This document shows, piece by piece, positions 59,280 through 64,000 of a stretch of DNA of 64,000 bases (positions are counted from its first letter, which is position 1; each line of letters opens with the position of its first letter). The stretch is from an uncultured Lachnospiraceae bacterium (GTDB taxonomy: Bacteria; Bacillota; Clostridia; Lachnospirales; Lachnospiraceae), in assembly GCA_910584205.1 (NCBI GenBank), contig CAJUAA010000013.1, positions 7,197 to 71,196 of the forward strand. The letters are read 5' to 3'. Position numbers and translations under genes: made by a program. The notes under the pieces were generated by a model. It was not told where the DNA came from. It saw nothing but the letters and a program-made list of their open reading frames with translations, and did not search any database.

Positions 59280-59311
59280 CGCAGAAAGCCTGCGAAATGT
59301 CGCAGAAAGCC
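59280..59311. promoter_or_regulatory. 11-bp direct repeat with 21-bp period (putative LytTR site)
   Basis: CGCAGAAAGCC at 59280 and 59301. Confidence 0.6.
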
Positions 59312-59322
59312 GTTTAATTTCT

Positions 59323-59371
59323 AAAAGGCGCGAACCTTTCTGGTAAAAACCGGAAGTTCGCACCTTTTTTT
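59323..59371. promoter_or_regulatory. long inverted repeat (operator or terminator)
   Basis: AAAAGGCGCGAAC...GTTCGCACCTTTT (12/13 match) with an inner TTCTGGT/ACCGGAA stem. Confidence 0.6.
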
Positions 59372-59406
59372 AAATGATGATTCTCTCAGAAACCGCTATG
59401 ATAAAT

Positions 59407-59485
59407 GCGTACCGAATTCCTGATACTTCGGACTGCCGGGAAACCGGGTCCGGGTGGTGCCGCCGCCTCTGAACGGACGGTATGC
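59407..59485 (+). ncRNA. candidate small structured RNA (possible second Y-like RNA)
   Basis: Terminal stem GCGTACCG/CGGTATGC, internal GGAC..CCGG-GAAA-CCGG.GTCC hairpin; starts just after TATGAT (59397-59402). Confidence 0.45.
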
Positions 59486-59495
59486 CGGATCGGTA

Positions 59496-59606
59496 TGAGG
59501 AAGATTTACGTGATGATTCGGAGGTTCGAATCCTCCACTGTTTCAGGGGAACAGTTTGCCAAATGGTAAGGCGATCACAACGCGACTGCACTGTCCATGC
59601 AGCCTC
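59496..59606 (+). ncRNA. YrlA-type Y RNA-like element (circularly permuted tRNA mimic)
   Basis: GTGAT-GATTC-GGAGG TTCGAAT CCTCC-ACTGTTTC-AGG-GGAACAGT-TT-GCC AAATGGTAA GGC-G-ATCAC at 59510-59578: T arm, loop-closed acceptor stem, D arm, open anticodon stem. Outer ends uncertain. Confidence 0.78.
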
Positions 59607-59900
59607 ACAAACGGAAGAACGACTGCTTTTCCCGTATGACCTTCTGACGGAAACGGCACCGGGACGGCGGGATGGTTCCTGGATCATCCAACCGCTCCCG
59701 CAGCCGGGACCGCAGGAGCTATGGCCGGAAAAAAGGCAGCAGATATCCGGATACCGGAAACCGGAGAACGCAGACAGCCTGCGCCGCATATGGCAGCGGC
59801 CCTCTGCCCGATCCCCTTTCCTCAAGGAATCTCCCCGTTTTTACGGTGGGAAAAGCAGGCATGCTTCCAATTTTTCAAACATGTAAGGGAGGGAACACAT

Positions 59901-61019
59901 ATGAAGTACATAATCAAAGAACAGGAATGCGGCTATCTCTTGAAAAACGGCATTCTGGAAAAACTGCTTTTTGCCGGAAAATATCAGCTGTTTTCCTGGA
60001 TGGGATATGAGCTGAAGATCGTGCCCATGATCGGAAAAGTCAACACGCAGGGACTGCCTGTGGACGTACTTATGAAACGCCCGGAATTTTCCAGCCGGGT
60101 CGTACGGGTGCAGATCCCGGACAGCTGCATCGCCATCCATATGGTAAACGGCGTCTGCCGGCAGATGCTCCTGGAAGGAGAAGCGCTGTACTGGAACGTC
60201 TACGAAACCAATGAAATCCGTCTGGTGGACGTAACCGGCACGCAGATCACGGAGGAACAGGTTCCTCAGATGTACCATCATCTGCTTCCGGCAAAAATCT
60301 GTAAGAAAATCATCATCAGCGACGGAGAAACCGGACTGCTGTACATCGACGGCCGCTATGAGCAGCAGCTGGGCTGCGGCACCTGGTACTACTGGATCTA
60401 CGCCCATGAGGTATCCTGCAAAATCTTCAATCTGAAGATTCAGCAGCTGGACATCTCCGGCCAGGAGATCCTGACCGCGGACAAGGTGGGAATCCGGCTC
60501 AACATCCTGTGCAGCTACCGGATTTCGGATCCCCTGTCGCTGGTACAGCGGATGGAAGGCTCCGGAAAGCTGCTGTATACAAAGCTCCAGATGCTGGCGC
60601 GGGAATATGTAGGGCAGTACCGTCTGGACGAACTGCTGGCACAGAAGGAAAGCATCGGAACCTGTCTGTATGACCAGATGCGGGCAGTACAGGCAGAATA
60701 CTGTGTGGAAATCCGGGACGTGGGAATCAAGGACATCATCCTTCCGGGTGAGATCCGCGATATCATGAACACCGTCCTGGTGGCAGAGAAAAAGGCACAG
60801 GCAAACGTCATCATGCGCCGGGAGGAAGTGGCGTCCACCAGAAGCCTTCTGAACACCGCGAAGCTGATGGAAGAAAATCAGATTCTGTACCGGTTAAAAG
60901 AACTGGAATATCTGGAACGGATCTGTGACAAAGTTGGGTCCATCTCCTTAAACGGCGCCGGAAACATCCTGGAACAGCTGGCGGGGCTGACACTCCCAAA
61001 GGAGTCGAAGGCCTCCTGA
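59901..61019 (+). CDS. SPFH/Band 7 domain protein (slipin family)
   Basis: GGGAGG RBS; GQEILTADKVGIRLN, LDELL, GIKDIILPGEIRDIMN.VL.AEK.AQAN.I.RREE.A.TRSLLNTAKLM. Confidence 0.9.
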   Translation: MKYIIKEQECGYLLKNGILEKLLFAGKYQLFSWMGYELKIVPMIGKVNTQGLPVDVLMKRPEFSSRVVRVQIPDSCIAIHMVNGVCRQMLLEGEALYWNVYETNEIRLVDVTGTQITEEQVPQMYHHLLPAKICKKIIISDGETGLLYIDGRYEQQLGCGTWYYWIYAHEVSCKIFNLKIQQLDISGQEILTADKVGIRLNILCSYRISDPLSLVQRMEGSGKLLYTKLQMLAREYVGQYRLDELLAQKESIGTCLYDQMRAVQAEYCVEIRDVGIKDIILPGEIRDIMNTVLVAEKKAQANVIMRREEVASTRSLLNTAKLMEENQILYRLKELEYLERICDKVGSISLNGAGNILEQLAGLTLPKESKAS

Positions 61020-61028
61020 AATGACAAA

Positions 61029-61058
61029 GTCCGGGCAGAAACTCTTATCTGCCCGGAC
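61029..61058. terminator. hairpin between convergent genes
   Basis: GTCCGGGCAGA-AACTCTTA-TCTGCCCGGAC. Confidence 0.6.
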
Positions 61059-62604
61059 CCTGTCTGCTGTCTGTAAGCTCAATGGACTCTTCCAGATCCT
61101 TCAGATAGCAGTATCGATGATCCGTATCCACAATGACATAGTTTTTTTCCTGTATGGACACTTCGTCCACCTCTTCCTGTATCAGTATCTTTTCTCTCCC
61201 TTCCGCATAATACAGATCCCGGTCCTCCCGGAAAAGTATCCCGTTCCTGTATGATCCGTACAACTGGGACAGATCGTCCGACACACTGACACATTTCTTT
61301 CCGTCCATATAGTAAAGCCGGTTGTCAGAAGTAACCAGCCAGATCTTTTTCAGTCCCCGGTCCGACAAAAAACGGCTCACATCCAGCGTATCGCTCAGGC
61401 AGGTCCGTTCCTGGTGGTACCGGATATCCCCGATCCGGTACAGTTTCCATCCGGACAGATAGAGCAGCGACTGTCCGTCCCCGGCGATCTGAAACTGTTC
61501 CGCATGGTTGAGTATGGTTTCTGCTTTTTCTCCATTTCCGTCCAGCCGATAGATTTTACAGGAATGATCTCCGGTATCAAGGGAGGCAAAGGTCATGTTT
61601 TTCAATGTCTTCCGCCCAAGAACCAGTCCCTTCCTCTGCTGATACGCCATATGATCTGTGTAGCAGGAAGTCTCCAGCACACCCTTTACTCCGGTCAGAC
61701 GCACAGGTTCCCGGCGGTCCACAGAATAATACCAGGTATTGCCGGCCTCCGTATACAGGATCTCCGTCTGGCTTTCATTCAGCACATAGTGAATGGCTCC
61801 GCTGGCCGATGCCAGCTTTCTGTCTTCTCCGTCAGCCAGAAGAAACAAACTGTCATTGTCTTTTCGATACAGGACTTCTTTCCCGCCGTCGGACACAGCC
61901 AGGATCTCCGACACGCTGCCGGCTGCCTTCCAGCTCCCGCCGCCGGCGTTCCAGACGGACATGGCCCCGCCGCCGGACGATCCCACCCATGCTGCTGTCC
62001 TCCCATCCGGAGACAGAACAAATTCCCTGCAGTTTTCCACCGAAACGGATTCCCTTGCTTCGTCTCTTACGGCGTACATACAAAGCTCCTGTCTTCCGTC
62101 GTCCGCATGCTTTAAATATACAAGCGTATCCCCATAGAACGACAGCTCCGCTGCCGTTACTCCATCGTCGATAAACACCGGTTTCATATCATCCATATAA
62201 TACAGCTCCTGATCCCGGTCCAGATACGCCATCCGGCCATGATCCGCGCTGTACAGCAGTTCCTGCGGGATATCCACCGCACAGGTCTCGCCGGCTGCAC
62301 TGCAGATGACCATCTCCTTCTGGTTCCGGATCACGAAGCGGGACGCATCCATCTGCTGAGGCGTATACAGACCGACGGTCGGTATCTCTTCATCTGCTGT
62401 AAATAAAATCAGCAGCGCAATGACCGTAATCAGAAGATTTCCAAGCCTTCGTCCCTGCCTGTGCGCTCTTCTTTTCTTCTTATCCGAAAGCTCCGCTGCG
62501 CAGATCCCTTCCGCACGGACGACTCCCATCTCCTGTCTTGCCCCGCAGTTGGAACAGTATCTGGCATCCCCGGAGATTTCCTTTCCACACTGGCTGCAAT
62601 ACAT
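61045..62604 (-). CDS. zinc-ribbon domain membrane protein with beta-propeller-like extracellular region
   Basis: MYCSQCG...YCSNCG, one TM, repeated beta-strand units (LSPDG). Confidence 0.78.
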   Translation of the reverse strand: MYCSQCGKEISGDARYCSNCGARQEMGVVRAEGICAAELSDKKKRRAHRQGRRLGNLLITVIALLILFTADEEIPTVGLYTPQQMDASRFVIRNQKEMVICSAAGETCAVDIPQELLYSADHGRMAYLDRDQELYYMDDMKPVFIDDGVTAAELSFYGDTLVYLKHADDGRQELCMYAVRDEARESVSVENCREFVLSPDGRTAAWVGSSGGGAMSVWNAGGGSWKAAGSVSEILAVSDGGKEVLYRKDNDSLFLLADGEDRKLASASGAIHYVLNESQTEILYTEAGNTWYYSVDRREPVRLTGVKGVLETSCYTDHMAYQQRKGLVLGRKTLKNMTFASLDTGDHSCKIYRLDGNGEKAETILNHAEQFQIAGDGQSLLYLSGWKLYRIGDIRYHQERTCLSDTLDVSRFLSDRGLKKIWLVTSDNRLYYMDGKKCVSVSDDLSQLYGSYRNGILFREDRDLYYAEGREKILIQEEVDEVSIQEKNYVIVDTDHRYCYLKDLEESIELTDSRQGPGR

Positions 62605-62607
62605 ACG

Positions 62608-63057
62608 CTATCCTCTCCCATTCCCCGGATCTGCCGTCTGCTTTCCGCAGTTTACACAGTACCTTGCATCCGGGTCCAATGCCGCCCCGCACTCCGGGCA
62701 GACGCTTTTCTTCACCCGTTCCGCGCCGCAGAACGGACAGAATACGCCGTAAGAGGTCAGTTTCGCGCCGCATCCTGGACATACCGTGACCTTACGGACT
62801 TTCTGCATTTCTCTCTGCAGCAGCTCCATCTCCCGGTCGATGGCGTCCAGTTCCTCATACAGTACAGCGCATTCAGGTATGTAACCATGCTTGTGTGCAT
62901 CATAATATTTTTCTCCCAGAGCCGTGAAGCACTCCCTTCTGTGACGTTCCCGCATGGCGGCCTCCCCATTCAGGCGGCTTAACTCTCCCAGATCCCTGGC
63001 TTTTGCAATTCCCTTTTCAATAGCGTCTAAAACTGGCATGCTGATTCCCCCGTTCAT
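62608..63057 (-). CDS. double zinc-ribbon protein
   Basis: CPGCG, CPFCG, CPECG and CVNCG motifs after a helical N-terminus. Confidence 0.8.
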   Translation of the reverse strand: MNGGISMPVLDAIEKGIAKARDLGELSRLNGEAAMRERHRRECFTALGEKYYDAHKHGYIPECAVLYEELDAIDREMELLQREMQKVRKVTVCPGCGAKLTSYGVFCPFCGAERVKKSVCPECGAALDPDARYCVNCGKQTADPGNGRG

Positions 63058-63135
63058 GACTATACATATGAAGGGGCGGTTGGAAAAAGAACCAAATAAT
63101 TTTTACATGTCATCTATTCTTCCAGTATTTCCACC

Positions 63136-63789
63136 TCACGCAAAACACACATACGCTCCATCCACCACCGCGTAATACAGCGTTCCTTCTTCCTCGATCA
63201 CGGCCTGACCGCTGGTGGCCTCGGTGACGGCCTTTGTGATCTCCTGCACACGGGAAACCGGTACCAGTACCACGAACCGCACCTCCTCCGTGTATTCCGC
63301 GTCCATCATGGGGATCTGCTTCTGCCCGAACAGGTACTGGAGCTTTCCGATCCCGTTGTAGTCCGTTCCGATGCCAAGGCGGGTCCCCAGGCATTTGGTG
63401 ATGATGCGGCTGTTTTTCAGCCCCTCCTGGACCGCTGCGGAATAAGCCCGTACCAGTCCGCCGGTCCCAAGGAGCGTACCGCCGAAATACCGGGTCACAA
63501 CGACCGCCGTATTGGTAAGGCCCGCGCCGGTCAGCACCTCCATCATAGGCTTCCCGGCCGTCTGGGACGGCTCCCCGTCGTCGCTGCACCTCATGATCTC
63601 CTGCCGCTCCCCAAGCACATAGGCGAAGCAGTTATGCCTGGCATCCCAGTATTTCTTTTTCATCTCTTCAATAAACGCCAGCGCTTCTTCTTCTGTCTCC
63701 ACCGGACGGACCGTAGCGATAAACCGGGATTTTTTCTCCACGATCTCCCCGGTGCCGCCCTCATAGACGGTCTGGTACTGTTCTGTCAT
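63136..63789 (-). CDS. yigZ: YigZ/IMPACT family protein
   Basis: EKKSRFI, ARHNC.AY, SDDGEPSQTAG.PM and VVTRYFGGTLLGTGGLVRAY motifs. Confidence 0.93.
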   Translation of the reverse strand: MTEQYQTVYEGGTGEIVEKKSRFIATVRPVETEEEALAFIEEMKKKYWDARHNCFAYVLGERQEIMRCSDDGEPSQTAGKPMMEVLTGAGLTNTAVVVTRYFGGTLLGTGGLVRAYSAAVQEGLKNSRIITKCLGTRLGIGTDYNGIGKLQYLFGQKQIPMMDAEYTEEVRFVVLVPVSRVQEITKAVTEATSGQAVIEEEGTLYYAVVDGAYVCFA

Positions 63790-64000
63790 AATCCTCTTCT
63801 CCTGTTCCTGTGAATCCGCTCCATCTCTTTCGCCAGCGGATTTCGCCGTTCTCTTTTCTCATCATTCCGGAAATTTCCTCCTGCTTTTCGAAGGCTTTCT
63901 TCCGTTTTCTGACGGTTTCCTCCCGTTTCCCGACGATTGGCTGCCGCCTTTGCTGCAGGAGCCCCTGCTCTGCCCTCCGGCGCGGCTTCGCCCCGCAACT
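63786..64000 (-). CDS. possible 3' end of an upstream gene (partial)
   Basis: Open frame to the window edge whose TGA overlaps the yigZ ATG (ATGA); low-complexity sequence. Confidence 0.35.
   Translation of the reverse strand, partial: LRGEAAPEGRAGAPAAKAAANRRETGGNRQKTEESLRKAGGNFRNDEKRERRNPLAKEMERIHRNRRRGL

Noticed and set aside
59510..59578. Canonical tRNA gene
   Set aside because: Arms are in permuted order, with no anticodon loop and no CCA end; reported as a tRNA mimic instead.
59721..59900. 60-aa N-terminal extension of the SPFH ORF, and ORFs 59370-59825 and 59482-59886
   Set aside because: A strong RBS precedes ATG 59901; the upstream translations are not protein-like and overlap structured RNA.

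Overview
About 64 kb of chromosome from a Firmicute, probably Lachnospiraceae-like (inferred from gene families and sigmaA/RBS signals), with roughly 55 genes. Contents: a leuD/leuC-type dehydratase pair; a run of orphan immunity-type and hypothetical genes (SMI1/KNR4, Imm26, DUF4132-type, DUF6882-like); two ECF sigma modules; azlCD; a class D beta-lactamase-like lipoprotein; an AlbA_2/HATPase protein; a PocR-AraC sugar operon; a LacI-controlled sucrose-type PTS/GH32 locus; BlaI/M56; a LytTR-only regulatory system; a TlpA/CxxC-peptide/4Fe-4S redox operon; a LytTR two-component system; an SPFH (slipin) gene; and yigZ. Two things stand out. (1) A ~500-nt non-coding leader before the SPFH gene contains a tRNA fold circularly permuted at the anticodon (59510-59578). 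This is the YrlA-type Y RNA architecture, yet no Ro60/TROVE or rtcB gene lies in the window. (2) A 1.6-kb transposase-free cassette (CAP-domain lipoprotein with its own promoter, direct repeats and a LexA-like box) is inserted with a 4-bp ATAG duplication into a DUF4132-type gene, and its removal restores the reading frame exactly. Several other genes show internal deletions. No CRISPR array, rRNA, canonical tRNA or transposase was seen. Product calls come from motif recognition only; no database searches were run.
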